A DNA stretch of 63,219 nt, filler included, from Basidioascus undulatus (taxonomy: Eukaryota): the NCBI GenBank assembly GCA_000826855.1. It is 7 parts of 7 records of this genome, joined end to end, with 100 filler letters (N's around TTAATTAATTAA, not from the genome) between each part and the next. Parts side by side here need not be neighbours in the genome. Positions count along the whole stretch, not along the records: positions 1 to 6,020 come from JTLS01001824.1; positions 6,121 to 12,124 come from JTLS01001825.1; 5 more parts are not named here. One strand, 5' to 3'. This document shows, piece after piece, positions 1-12,224 of the stretch. Below the pieces are notes generated by a model. That model was given only the letters and a program-made list of their open reading frames with translations, was not told the origin of the DNA and did no database searches. The translations under genes were made by a program, and so were the position numbers. Positions within the stretch are counted from its first letter, which is position 1. Each line of letters opens with the position of its first letter.

Positions 1-43
1 TGAGCGCCGAGGGCTAAGGCGCCCGGGCACACAGGATCCCGCA

Positions 44-2020
44 ATGGCGCCCTCTTACAACCCGGGCAACGCGAACACCGCGCCTCTGGGCCCGCGCGCC
101 GTGCGCCCAGGCCTCGGCGCCGCCGGCGGGCACTACCCGACCCAGGGTCCCCCGCCCGGCTACGGCTCGCCCGCCGCGTTGGCGTCGCCGATGCAGAGCC
201 CCCCGCCTGGGGGCGGACCGGGCGGGGAGAAGTTGACGGTGTTTGTAGGGGGCATTAGTGCAGGGCTGAGCGACGAGTGGTTGGAGAAGCTGCTGAATGT
301 GCGTCGCTCCCGCTGCTGGCCGCTTGGGTCCGGCCTGATTTGAATGGGGTTGTCGGTTGGATGGTTGTGGGGTGTAGGCGGCAGGGAAGCTGCGCTCTTT
401 GAAGCGCGTCAAGGGCGTGACGGGCAAGCCGCAGCCGTTCGGGTTCGCCGAGTTTGCCGAGCCCGACTCGGTCCTGCGCGCGATCAAGACGCTCAACGGC
501 GTCGCCGTGCCGACGCACGAGCCGGGCGCGCAGCCCAAGCAGCTCAGCCTCAAGGCGGACGAGAAGACGCGCGCGTTCTTGGACGAGTACGAGAAGCAGG
601 TGATAAAGACTGATGTGCGTCCTTCCCTCCTCCCCACTCCTCCCCTCTGCCTCTTCCCCGTCCTCTGCCTGTCCCCCGTCTTCTCTTCCTGGGCTGGGGT
701 ATGGGATCCTGATGTTCGAGTTTCGCTATGACAGGCCGACGACGAAGCCGAGAAGAAAGCGCGCGCCGAAATCGCCGCTGTAATTGAGCAACTGCGTGAC
801 CCCGCCCAGACCTCTGCGGGCCCGTCCTCCTCGCAGCAGCCCTCGGGGCCCGAGCTCGTCATCCCGCGCCATCTGCAAGATCTCCAGCCGGACGAGCTCC
901 CCGAGGAGCAGCGCGGGATGATCACCTCAGAGATCGCGATGTTCCGCGAGCGCGCAGCGCGCAAGGAGGCCGAGCGGAAGCGCGCGGAGCTCGCGCGCCA
1001 GACCGCCGCGGGGGGGCCGCCCACCGCCGGAGGGTGGGGACCTCGCGCACCGCAACAGCAACAGCAGGATTACGCGCCTCCGCAGCAGCAGCTGCAGAGC
1101 TTCGCGGGCACGCCTCAGGCGTATGATCGTCCCATGGGCTTTGTGGCTGCGAGCTCGGCCGCCGCGGGCAGCACGAGCACGATTGTGTCGGACGAGGCGG
1201 AGGCGCGCGCGCGGCGGGAGAAGAAGGCGAGGGATCAGGAGATCACGCTTCGGGAGGTACGTTTGCGACTCTTCTAACTCCCTTCTTCCCCTTTCTCTTT
1301 TCTATCTTCAGTTTGTTTTCGGCTGGGGATTCGTGACTGAAGGAGTGATTCGTGTTGTGCAGCGCGAACGACGACTCGAGCAGCGCGAGCGCGTGCGCTT
1401 CCAGGAGCTCGACCGCCAGGCGGCTCGCGAGCACGAGGAGCGCGTGACGGAGGAGCGCGCCCGGGCGGCGGCGCGCGAGCGCCTCGAGCACTGGGACGAG
1501 GAGCGCGTGCGCAGGGACGGGAAGGAGATGTTCTTCGAGGACCGGTGCGTGCTCCCTTCCTCCCCCTCCCTCGACTCGCCCTCTTCACCGCCCTACATTT
1601 GGCTGACTTGTGTGGGTCTGGTTTGACAGACCTCGCTGGCGCTCGGCCCGCCTGCAAGCGCGCAGGCGGGAGCAAGCCGCGGACGAAGCAGACCGTGCGG
1701 CGGAGGCGGAGGAAGCCGCCGCCGCCGCGCGGGACACGGAGGCGTTCCTCGCTCGGCAGGCGCAAGAGCTGGAGCAGCTTACGGCGGAGCAAAAAGCGCG
1801 CGGCGTGCTCGTCGACGACGGGATGCCCATCCGTCTCGCCGTGCACACCTCCGCGCCCACCGCCGCCCCCTCGGCATGGGAGACGCCCGCGCCGGCCCCG
1901 GCGCCGGTGTTTGCGGGTGCGGAGGAGGAGGAGGAGGAGGAGCAGAGGAGGAAGAGGCGCACGCTTGTGAAATTGGATTATTCGGAGAGCGATGGGTTGA
2001 CGCACGAGCAGAGGGAGGCC
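44..2020 (+). CDS. SNU71: U1 snRNP protein Snu71/RBM25-like (RRM plus charged helical region), 3'-truncated
   Basis: Spliced exons 44-298, 378-614, 735-1256, 1363-1544 and 1630-~2020 with GT..AG introns. RRM motifs LTVFVGGIS and GKPQPFGFAEFAEPDSVLRAI; also IPRHLQDL and MITSEIAMFRERAA. No PWI domain is seen. Confidence 0.85.
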
Positions 2021-3402
2021 GGGGAGGTGGTTGGCGGGTCGGCTCTGGGGGGTGGGTTCCCCTGCGGGAGCCGGGGGGGGAGCTTCGGCTTCCTGCGGCT
2101 CGCTCGACGCAGGCTGCTCCTCCCCGTCCGCCTCCTCCTGCTTCTTCTCCGCCTCCTCCAGCTCCTTCACCTCCTCCTTCAAGTCCTCCTTCACCTCCTC
2201 CTTCAGCTCCTCGACCTTCTCCTTCTCCTCCTCCTTCCCCTCCGTGGCCTTTACCTCCTCCAGCGTCTTCGCAAACTCCTCCGCGGCCTGCGCCAGCGCC
2301 TTCTCGTCCGGCCGGCCCAGCGCGACGTCGTCGAGCATGAACCGGATCATTGTGAGGACAATCTCCTCACTCACGAGCTCGCGCGCGAGCCGGTTGCTCA
2401 TCGCGCTGGCGGGCTCGCCCGCCCCGCCCGACGTCGCGGGCGAGGGCGCGGAAAGGGTGACGATGCCCTTGACGAGCTCGGCGATGGTCGTGTGCAGCTC
2501 GGGGGGACGCGTGGGTGCGAGGAGGTCGGTGAGGCGGGGGACTAAGCGTTGAGAGGATAGCCACTGTTTTGAGGAAAGATGAGCTGCTGGGGTTCACGGA
2601 CATTTGAGGAGGAGGGTAGAAGCGCACATCAATGGTGCCCGAGCCCTCCGGCGTGTCCTCGGCCTGGATGATGCGGTAGACGAGGTCGACGATCGCAGGC
2701 GTTTCGATGTGGGTCAGGAGCTTCTCGAGGACATCCGGCTGAGCTTTGATAAACTCGAGCATCTGGAGCGCTCGGCCTGCTCAGCGTCTTCCCCAGTGCC
2801 TCAGCCCGAGCCCGCCGCGGAGCACTCACATCGCCCGTCTTGCGCGCCAGGAAGACCGCAACGACCCGTCCCCAATATCCAACATGCGGTCCCATTGCGT
2901 CTAACTCTCCGGCAGGCTTGTCGAGCACCGCGGACCAGAAGGGCGCGAGGAGGATCGCGTGAGACGCGGGGTCCATCGCGGCGTCTACGATTGCCCAGAT
3001 CTCGGCGCACAGGATCTCGGTCGCCATGTACGGGTATCTGAGAGCTCATACGCGTTCAGCATCACTTGTATTCCCCTCCCGCACGCCCAGGTACTCGAGA
3101 ACGCACTTGAACCTCAGCCGGTCGTCCCCGTCGACCTCAATCGAGCCGCTGACATAGCCCAGGAGCCTGGCGAGCACGGCAGGGCTCTGGAGGAACTCTA
3201 TGAGGCGCGAGTTGTGGCTCTTGGCCTCCTGAAGCAGGTCGTCCTCGTCGAAGATCTCCTCGAGCGTGACATTGTCCTTGTCGAGCAGCCCATCGATCGC
3301 AGAAGTCGTGTGGAAGCCGAATCTGCCCCACGCCCGCCCCGGCCAAGTTGGTGACCCGGATTAGACGCTGGTGGGTGAGGAGTGGACGCACCGCCAGAAC
3401 AT
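2020..3402 (-). CDS. SIT4/PP6 phosphatase-associated protein (SAPS family, Sap185/190-like), N-terminal half only
   Basis: ATG at 3402. Spliced product MFWRFGFHTTSAIDGLLDKDNVTLEEIFDEDDLLQEAKSHNSRLIEFL...KYPYMATEILCAEIW...HIETPAIVDLVYRII...SNRLARELVSEE. Confidence 0.88.
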
Positions 3403-5064
3403 GGCGATATAATCGGTTAAGGGCTTCCTAGTGGTGTGTGGAAAATAGGGAAAATGCGGGTCGAGGAAGCAGGCAAGAGTAAGATGGAAGTAGGCCAGCC
3501 AGGAGCTGCACGAACGCGTGAGGCAGCCGGGGTGGCCGTTCGCGAAAAAGGTTGACGTGTGACGGTTGATTGACAACGACAACGGCCTCCGCTCCTCCGT
3601 GACAGCGGACTCCGCTCCCTCGCTGCGAAGGCATAATTTCAACTGGTCTTTTTCTGGATACTCCTTTCATGGCAAGCATGCCTTACTCTGAGATTCTGGC
3701 TGTGTGGACAAATCATGACTTGGTAGCGACAGCCGGCTTAGTTACAGGACTTGCAGCTCAAGCGCAACAGTTTGCATGCTGTCCATACTCCTCCGGTGCG
3801 TTTTCACACATTCCCACAAACTCATTCCCAGAGCTACACCAGTTGCTTTCCAAGCTAAACAGGACCACGCGTGTTGAGCTCTCCAAGCTGCACGCACGTT
3901 GAGCAACTCCAAAACAGGGCGCTTCAATTACCTATGCTCCGCAAGCCTGGCATGATCCGAAAGAATCATGTCAAAAGACTCCCTAAAATAATTCTGCGAC
4001 ATAATGGGGATGGTTCGAAGGACAGACGTGGACTCTGGTGGGCTGTGCGAAGTAAGCACTGCAACGACGGCCAGTCCTCAGCAACCAGTTTCGTCCTCCC
4101 GACCAGTAGAATAGTACGAAGGACCTATTGAGGCATTGTTTCTTTTTTCTCGACCCACGGTCAACTTCATGGGTATCATCGAATAACAGCTCGTGCTTGA
4201 AGCCGTCGTGGGCAGTGCGATCATTCTCCCGCAGACGCACTTAGCCCGTCTTCGGCGGTCGCCATCCAGTCTTGGGATACGATAAGGCTATAAATCTTAA
4301 CGAAACCGAGCAAATCGAACGAACAGGTTGCAGCGACCTGCACTCCAACCCTCTCGTTTCTTTTATATTTCTCTAAAAGAATCAGAAAGGTATGCTAGCA
4401 ATGCTTTTGAAGAGAAGTCGGAGACGCAAACATTTGGCGGTGCAGCTGCATGGCCGAAACTCCCTCGGTGGCGAATGACAGACGAGCGGACTCGGTCCAA
4501 ATCGCCTCTTTCCTTTCTTCCCTCATCCCGCCCGATCTTCGTCTGCATTTGCTGTCCATATACGAATCCAACCCACTAACAATGCGCTCCATCCATTCTT
4601 TTTGACTCACGAGAGCGCGCACAGCCTCACATCTGGGGGTAATCGTCTCGCGCCTTCGTCTCGGGTTGAACTGACTCTGCTGCTTCTCATCCGCGACCCG
4701 ACGCGTCTCAACCCCTCGCCCACCTCGCGCTTCAAACTGGCGCTCCACACCTAAGTCTCAGCGCTCATGGACCTTGATGGACTGACCATCCGCCCCCTCG
4801 TTCTCACCGGGACTGGCACCAGTCCAATTGTGCAGTCGTTCCTCACGTTCCTGCTCGCGCACACCCGCCATGATGGCGGTGCGAATCCCGGTTGTCGACC
4901 GACCCAGCCACAACATCCCCCTGGCCGCTTCCGCTGCCTTTATAAGGGGTGCTTGTCCTCGCTCGATCCATCCTACCCATCTCGCTTTCGTTCTGCCTCT
5001 ATCGATTTGTCGTTCGCTTCCGCTCGCTCGCTCGTCACTCACGCTCGTTATCGCTCACGCCGCC

Positions 5065-6020
5065 ATGCCCATCACGTACCACCTCACCCCTGCCTCGGCG
5101 CTCTTTCACACGCCCAGCCGCCACGGCGTCGGCCGCCTCCTCCCCGCTTCGCTCCTGCCGCGCGAGATGCACGATCCGCGGCTCCTCGCGCTCTGCAGCA
5201 TCCGCTCCAGCTCCCCCGGTTTCCAAAGTGCGTCCCATCCTCGCGCCCCCCTCCTCGTTGCGATGCTGAACCGTCCCCCTTCTCCCCCCCTGCACCCAGT
5301 GTACCTTACCCAGCGCCTGTGTCACTCCATCGGCGTGCAAGAGCCCGGCGAGTCGCCCGACACACCGCCCACGACGCCGGGCAACGACGAGTTCAAGCAC
5401 CCCGAGCCCTGCTGCGCGGCGCCCTCGCTCGAGAGCTTCATCGCGCACGTCATTTACAAGAGCCGCTGCCACACGCCGACCCTCCTCGGCATGCTCGTGC
5501 TCCTCGAGCGGCTGCGCCTGAGGATGCCGGAGCAGGCGCGTGGTGAGTCGGTGACTTTCCCTTTCGTGGGCGCCGGGATGGAAGGGGTCATTGAGGCTGA
5601 TGATCGGCGGGCTCGGTCGGCAGCGGGTATCCCCTCGACGAGGCATCGCGTCTTTCTCGCTCTGCTGATCCTCGCCGCTAAGGCCTTCAACGACGCATCG
5701 CCGGCCATCCAGGTACGTCGGACCACGTCATCCACGGCCGCAACTCTTAGCTGTCAATTGACCAAACTACCACCATTCAGTTCTGGCACCATTACGCCGA
5801 GGAAATCATGCCGCTCTCGATGAACGACGTCGCAGCGTGCGAGCGCCAAGCTTTGCAGCTCCTGGAGTGTGCGTTTCCTCTTCTCCACCCGACCACCCCA
5901 CACTCCCACACATCTTGACCCGACTCTTCCCTCCCGCCACAGACGACGTGAGCATCACCGACGCCGAGCTGCACGCGGTCGCCTCCCCGCTCTACGCGCA
6001 CGTCCGCATTGTCCCCTCCA
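5065..6020 (+). CDS. Pho85-type (PCL-like) cyclin, 3' end lost at contig break
   Basis: PASLLPREMHDP, SLESFIAHVIYKSRCHTPTLLGMLVLLERL, TRHRVFLALLILAAK..ND.SP and ERQALQLLE match the cyclin-N box. Several GT-AG introns. TATA-like TTTATAAG at about 4939-4946. Confidence 0.82.
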
Positions 6021-6120
6021 NNNNNNNNNNNNNNNNNNNNNNNNNNNNNNNNNNNNNNNNNNNNTTAATTAATTAANNNNNNNNNNNNNNNNNNNNNNNN
6101 NNNNNNNNNNNNNNNNNNNN
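6021..6120. other. Artificial contig spacer
   Basis: 44 N, TTAATTAATTAA (stops in six frames), 44 N. Confidence 0.98.
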
Positions 6121-7576
6121 CCCGCCCCTCATCCTACCCGCCCTCGTCCTACCCGCCCTCGAAGCCCTCTCATACCTCACCACCTCCCCGCGCCTCAGCA
6201 CGCGCCTCGTTTCCTCCCCTCTGCTCCCCTCCCTGCTCGCCATCCCCACCTCTACCACCACCACCTCCTCCTCCATTGCCCGCGCAACCGCACAGCTAAA
6301 GTCCCTCTCCCTCTCCTCCGACCCCGAAGCGCCCCAACGCCCAGACGACACCGCCCTCCAATACGCACTCGCGAGCGTCCTCGCCCACGCGGCCGCGTAC
6401 CCGCCCATCCTCACCGAGGAGCAAAAGCAGATGGCGCGGCTGCGGGAAGTCGCACGCGCCAAGAACGCGGGTGCGAAGTCTACGGAACCGGCAGAGGACC
6501 CAGAAGCCACCCCCACCGCCGCGCGCTCGCGGAACAGCGTGCTCATCAAAGCCGGCGCCGCCAACTCCCTCGTCTCTCTCTCCAGGTCGCCCTCATTGTC
6601 CGTCCGGCGCGCCGTCGGCGCCGCGCTCCTGGGCCTGACAACGGAGCCCTCGACGCGGGGGACGCTCCTGGCGCAAGGTGTCCCTCGCGCGCTTCTGCAC
6701 CTCGCCTCTGCGGGCCCGACCCCGCCCGAGCAGCCGGACCTCCCTGCCCTGCAGGCACTTGCAAAGCTCACGATCACCACGCCTCCCGCGGGACTGTACC
6801 CGCCCCCAGTTCTCTCCTCCGCGCAGGCGCACATCCGGCCCCTCGCGGCCCTCTTTCTCAGCCCGCAGGCGACGCAGCTGCAGATGTTCGAGGCGCTGCT
6901 GGGGCTCACGAATGTTGCGTCACTGGGTCCACAGCTCGCTGGGCGTATTGTCGCTTTCTCTCCCTCCCCTCCACCTTCCACCAGCACCTCCTCGGAAGGA
7001 GGGATAGGCACCCTGGTGGAATCGACCGAGTCCCACCTCCTCTCCTCGCACGAGCAGCTCCAGCGCGGCGCAACCGAGCTCCTCTGCAACCTCCTCTCCT
7101 TCTCCTCTCTCCTCTTTTCCCGCTATACGTCCGCCCCCGGCGCTCAGAACAGGCTGCACCTCCTCCTAGCCCTCTCCGACGCCGAGCTCCTCCCCACGCG
7201 GCTCGCAGCGTCCGGCGCGCTCGCCCAGCTCGTCAACGACCCGCAGGCGTGTGCTCGGCTGGTCGACCGCAAGGAGGGAGACGGGGTGCGGAAGCTTGTG
7301 CGCGTCTTGGTGGAGCTGTTGAGCGAGGGAGACCCCCCGCACCTTGGGCTCGCGCACAGGGGGCTGGCGATATTGGCGGCGGCGCTGGGAAATCTGGAGA
7401 GGGAGGGGGAGGTGGTGGAGAAGTTGAGGGAGGCTGCGGGGGAGGAGGGGCTGGTCCAGACGGTCGTGGGCGTGCTTGCTAGGTGGGGGACCAAGGAGGA
7501 GGGCGAAGTCGTACTGCAATTGGGGAGGAACGTTCTGCTTGGGCTGAAGGAGAGTGGGGTGAGGATCGAGCTGTGA
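6121..7576 (+). CDS. SHE4: UCS-domain myosin chaperone She4/UNC-45/CRO1, C-terminal part
   Basis: ALQALAKLTITT, LQMFEALLGLTNVAS, LQRGATELLCNL, LLALSDAELLPTRLAASGALA and LAHRG. The frame runs from the contig edge to a stop at 7576. Confidence 0.9.
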
Positions 7577-8599
7577 GGTCGGGTTGGCGCTGCATGCATG
7601 AATGCGTGCTGGGACGGCGAACGTGCGCGGCCTGGCATGGCTTTGGCGTGGCAGGCGAGGCGGGCGACGAGAATGACTGCTGCTCGGGGTGGGACCAGCC
7701 GCTGGCTTAATGACATTACCTTCGTCAAAGATCAGCTTTCGCACGGTCAAGGGCTGCCGTATCTTCACTCAACTGGGTATGATGGGACTGAGAATGCAAT
7801 CTCACGTCGGGATCTAAAACCAGTCCCTTTGGGTGTTCAGATGGTCCCGATGACCCTGGGCTATGGACGTTCAAAATTTATCGACTCGACAGATGGAAGG
7901 CACTCAAGGTTAATGGTAAAGGGAAAGCACTGGCAGGCCAGATACCCTCGGTCGTTCTTGAGGTTCTGGGTGCGCTGACGACGCAAACCGGAAATGGGCA
8001 CAGGCGCTGAGAACCTTTAAAACAGTTGCACGATTCGTTTTCTGGTACACTCGTTCATTTTCCGACAGTCAACAACAGCAATGGCATCGACCCGCTGCCC
8101 CTCATAAAAACGGAGTGCATCAACCCGCTAAGCCCGGGTCCCCTGAGCTCCCCGCATGCCACCAACCACTCCTCCGCAATGCTCTCTACGGACAAGCAAA
8201 CCTCAACCCATGCAATCCCGCAGCCCATCGAGGGATACGGCGTCGACTTGGAAGCGTCAAGCTCGAGCTCGCTCTTCAGCGATGCACATGCCGATAGGGG
8301 CAAGACCTTAGAAAGATATGCTGAGCGCTCCGGCAGAGGGGTGCCATGGAGTTCCGCTTCCGAAAAAGCAGACGAAGGAGGAGGCGGTCCGGGCGGAGGC
8401 GACGTGATTGCGGCTAGCTTAGAAGGCAGAGCGAAACGAATCGGGGCGGCTGAAGAGCGTGGAGGAAGCATGGAAGTAGGAGGACCGAGGCACGTGTCGG
8501 GTGTCGCAGCTCGAGGAGGATGTGGAGACTGCCGGAACTGAGGAGAAAGTGGAGACTTCGAGAGCGGAGCGGGATATGGAGACCGCGAGAGTGGAGGAG

Positions 8600-9230
8600 G
8601 CGCCGTGGGGCGAACGATGGACGATAGCAAGTGACAGGGACCCCCAATGGTAGGCGGTGCTGGGCGCAGCACAAGCGTCTGCAGGTCGTGGCGTACGTCC
8701 TGCGCCCATTGAACCCGCAGAGCGTGGGCGGACCGTTTGAAGCCCGGCCCGAAATCGATATCATTGTCCTTCAAAGTGTACTGCCAGCCGTCAGGGAGCT
8801 CGACCGAGCTGAGCCCCGAGTAAAGCTCGAGCGTCCTGGACGCCTGCTCGCGCTGAAACTCACGCCTCGCCTCTCTGAACGCCACCCAGTGCTCCTCAAA
8901 CTTCCAGATATGTCCGAAGAGATTTTAGGACACGCTATGCGTACGAGTAGGGTCTCGCCGAGTCCGACGCGCTTCTCGCAGGCGAGATGAGCCTCGCTCG
9001 CAGTCGCGAACTCGACGATCGCGCGCCGCTTGTTCGCGGAGTGCCGGCAGCGGATGTCAAAGAGGATATGAGATCTGTACGACATGGCAGAGTCAGAAGG
9101 CGGTAATGGTCAGTGTGCACCTTTGAGACTGACATGACACCAAAGCGCGAACATGCCTGCATGCAGGATGGTGTCCTGCTATAGATTGTCTGGAAAGCGA
9201 GAGACAATGATGGTCCGCATGCGATGGGCC
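8600..9230 (-). pseudogene. Degenerate RRM-like gene
   Basis: Minus strand reads MRTIIVSRFPDNL*QDTIL (RNP2-like, with an in-frame TAG), then RRAIVEFATASEAHLA (RNP1-like), then SRTLELYSGL. Confidence 0.35.
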
Positions 9231-12124
9231 TAGAGGTCGGAGGAGTTTTGAAAACTCTCATGAAAAGCGTTTAGTCTCGGGAGTGGGTATAACGATGAAA
9301 CTGGGTCACATCCCCTGTGAAGCCGCTCAATGCCCACATGAGAGGTCCGCAACCTTAGATTGCCGGATTCCGGAATCCCAACGTTCAATGGTCGCTTTCT
9401 TTGAAGCCCAGCTTTCTTTGGGCTTTTCTATTCTTTCTATTCGGAAGGTCCATCAGTGACCCGTAGCCAACCAGCGAGGAGCTGCGACTGCGGTAATGCG
9501 CGAGTGGATCGTCCTGTCGCCATCCACACAGTTAGACCAATTTTCCAAGCATTATGAGAGACGGCAGTGTATGAATCCCAACGGGTCACTCGACCCAGTA
9601 AAACCATCGAAGCAGCCAACTTTCCAGCTTGTAAGCATCAACAGCCAGCATTCCCAAACTACATTAACAACGGAAAGCAGAGCACCTCCAGGCAGTTACA
9701 TTCCGAGCGGCATTCCTTAAATTACCCAGTTCCGCGCAATATCATCAACCGCCAAAAGACCTCAGCGCACGAGGACTCCCCATCAGTTGCAATCGTCTCG
9801 GGGCATCCCGTCGCAACAGACAGCTCAGTCGCAGGCCGAAATTTTAGTTCGACAGGCTCGAGAATTGCGGCGTGCTGAGGGAGAGCGAGAGATTCTGAAG
9901 CCTCCAGTTGGGACTCGTGCCCTGAGTTGCTCGACATGCTCGAAGGTCGAAGGGGACGGAGAGAAGGAGGGCGCCAGCGGAGAGGGCTGGAACTACGGGC
10001 TCAATGGCTGCGCTGTCGACGGTGCCCCACTCAGACTAGTCGGAGGGGATGGCACACGAGAGTGCGGGGACGAGCGAGGAGCTTCAAACCAGGTGATGGG
10101 AGGGAGAGAAGACTGTTCAGCCGACTCAGAGACGGGCGCGAAGCGGTACTTAGTCCCATATGGAGCAGTCATGCAGAAGGGGCTCGGTAGGGGGCTGGCC
10201 AGCAAAAGCGGAGGGGCGCCGGATCGATCGCAGTCTGAGTGCTCGGCGAAAGCAGAAGCCCAATACGCGATGGAGGCGGAGACGCTTCGAGGGGGTTGGC
10301 GGTCGCCGGGATCACCGGCAGGGTGGAGGGCATGCCGAAGCGAATGGGCTGCAGAGGACGAGGAGGGAGTTGAGGAGGAGGAAGGGGGGGAGATTCCGCA
10401 GTCTTATCTGTCGCAGGCCTGGCCAAATGCGGGGAAGTGGACGTGAGCGAAAGGCAAGCGGTGGGCGAAGCGGCGGAAGGCAGGACTGAGGGCGGTTCGG
10501 CAAGCGACGTAGCCGGTGCTTCGCCATGCAGGACCGATTCCCAGGCCGACTTCGAGCTATGAGCGGCAAAGAAGACAAAGATGCAGGAGTAGAGACAGAC
10601 ATGGAAATCGAAAGTGACTCGAGGCTTCAGGTAGAAGACGCATGGTCATTTCAGACGCTCTCAACACCAGCGGGCTCCGAGAGTGGACATAGCCTTACTG
10701 CGGGTGAGCGCGCCGTGTCCAGCAGAGAGCTCAGTAACCTGAAATCAGCTAAAGCAGTCAGCAAAGGCGATCAACGGAACATGAATGCCCACGGTAACAT
10801 GACAGTCCAGCGAGGCTGTGAGCATGCAGCGCCGGACCGTCCTTGTTCCACCCAACTGCAATCGAAGACCAATTTCAACTTCAGGGAATCCGAGCGGGCT
10901 CGCATGCATGTACCGTTGACAGTAATACCCAATTCACCGCTCCGGTGAGCCGGTGCGCATTTCTAAGTCGGAAAATCGGAGGCCGTTCTATGTCCGCAAG
11001 CCAGCCGGTGCGCTTGTCGCAACGCGACCTGCTTCTCGACCTGTGTGCGTCTCATCTCTGCACGCAAGGCCCACGTGTATAACAAGGGGCACAGCCGATC
11101 GCAATTGATTAGCAGTGGATAAGCTATGGACGTCTCTGCTGGAGACCGCGGGCGCCTCCGTCGCGCTCGGGAGGAAGGACCGACGCGCGCGACGAGCTCG
11201 AGCAAGCGAGCTTGCGAGTGGTGAGATGCGCGAATGCAAGAGCGACCGATCTAGCGAGCAGGCGTGTGAACCTTTGCAGGGTGCGAGCAGGGCGAGCGAG
11301 CGGCGAAAGGGTGAGGATTCGAAGGCCGGTCATGACGTCCGCTCCTCTCGTCTGGGAAGACCACGAGGACGAGTCACGTCCGACGTCCAGCACCCAACCA
11401 CGCCCGATCCCATCCGTCCCCCCACCCCAACAGTCAACCACCCCCGCAAACAGCCGACCAAAATCCGGCTATTGCGAATGCTGCGAAAACGACAGAACAG
11501 CGCCGCTGCCGGTTTCCAGTCGGTCCCGCGTGCGCCGGTCTCGCGCTCGACTTTGAAGGAAAGGAATCGACTGGCTGGAAACGGGCATGAGACCTGAGTG
11601 AGGTGCGCGAGTGAGTGAATTGGGTGAGTGAATGGGGTAGGAGGGTGAGCAAGGTGGGCGAATGCGAATGCTGCGTGAATGAGCAGGCAAGTGAGAGCGT
11701 ATGGACGACTACACGGGTCGGCGCAGCGCAAGCGAATCGAGCGAGTAAAGATCGAATGCGCGTCAGCGTCAGCGTACGACACCCCTCCCTTCTCTCCTTT
11801 CGAAAGAACGACCGAAAGCGAAGGGATGAGCCAAGCCAATCCGACGGCCGACGACCAACCGGCACCCCCAACCAAGCCCACGCCCACGCCCACGCCCAAC
11901 CTTCTCCCCCAAAGCGGCACCGGCAGATGAATCCGTGAGTGTGTGCAGGAGGCAGTAACGAGGAACCCAGAAGCGAGGGAAAATGAACAGGGAGAAGAGG
12001 AAGGAAAGTCCGCCCTACCGCAACAACAGAAGCATCAACAGCCCAGAACCGAGGAAAGAAGATGGGGAAGGTGGGAAGGAAGAACAAGAAGAAGAAAAAC
12101 GAACAACGCACCACCCCCGGCTCC

Positions 12125-12224
12125 NNNNNNNNNNNNNNNNNNNNNNNNNNNNNNNNNNNNNNNNNNNNTTAATTAATTAANNNNNNNNNNNNNNNNNNNN
12201 NNNNNNNNNNNNNNNNNNNNNNNN
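12125..12224. other. Artificial contig spacer
   Basis: N-TTAATTAATTAA-N, 100 nt. Confidence 0.98.

Noticed and set aside
14..1024. Long antisense ORFs (also 6073-7089, 24449-25519, 48752-49696)
   Set aside because: Shadows of high-GC coding sequence on the opposite strand.
6065..6076. Recurrent TTAATTAATTAA palindrome at about 6-kb spacing as a biological repeat or array
   Set aside because: Always embedded in N runs; it is a synthetic six-frame stop spacer.
9787..10948. 219-aa and 140-aa ORFs
   Set aside because: No recognisable motifs or convincing splice structure.
11100..12124. GCGA/GAGT and CCCACG short repeats as an array
   Set aside because: Low-complexity promoter/UTR-type sequence with no repeat-spacer structure.
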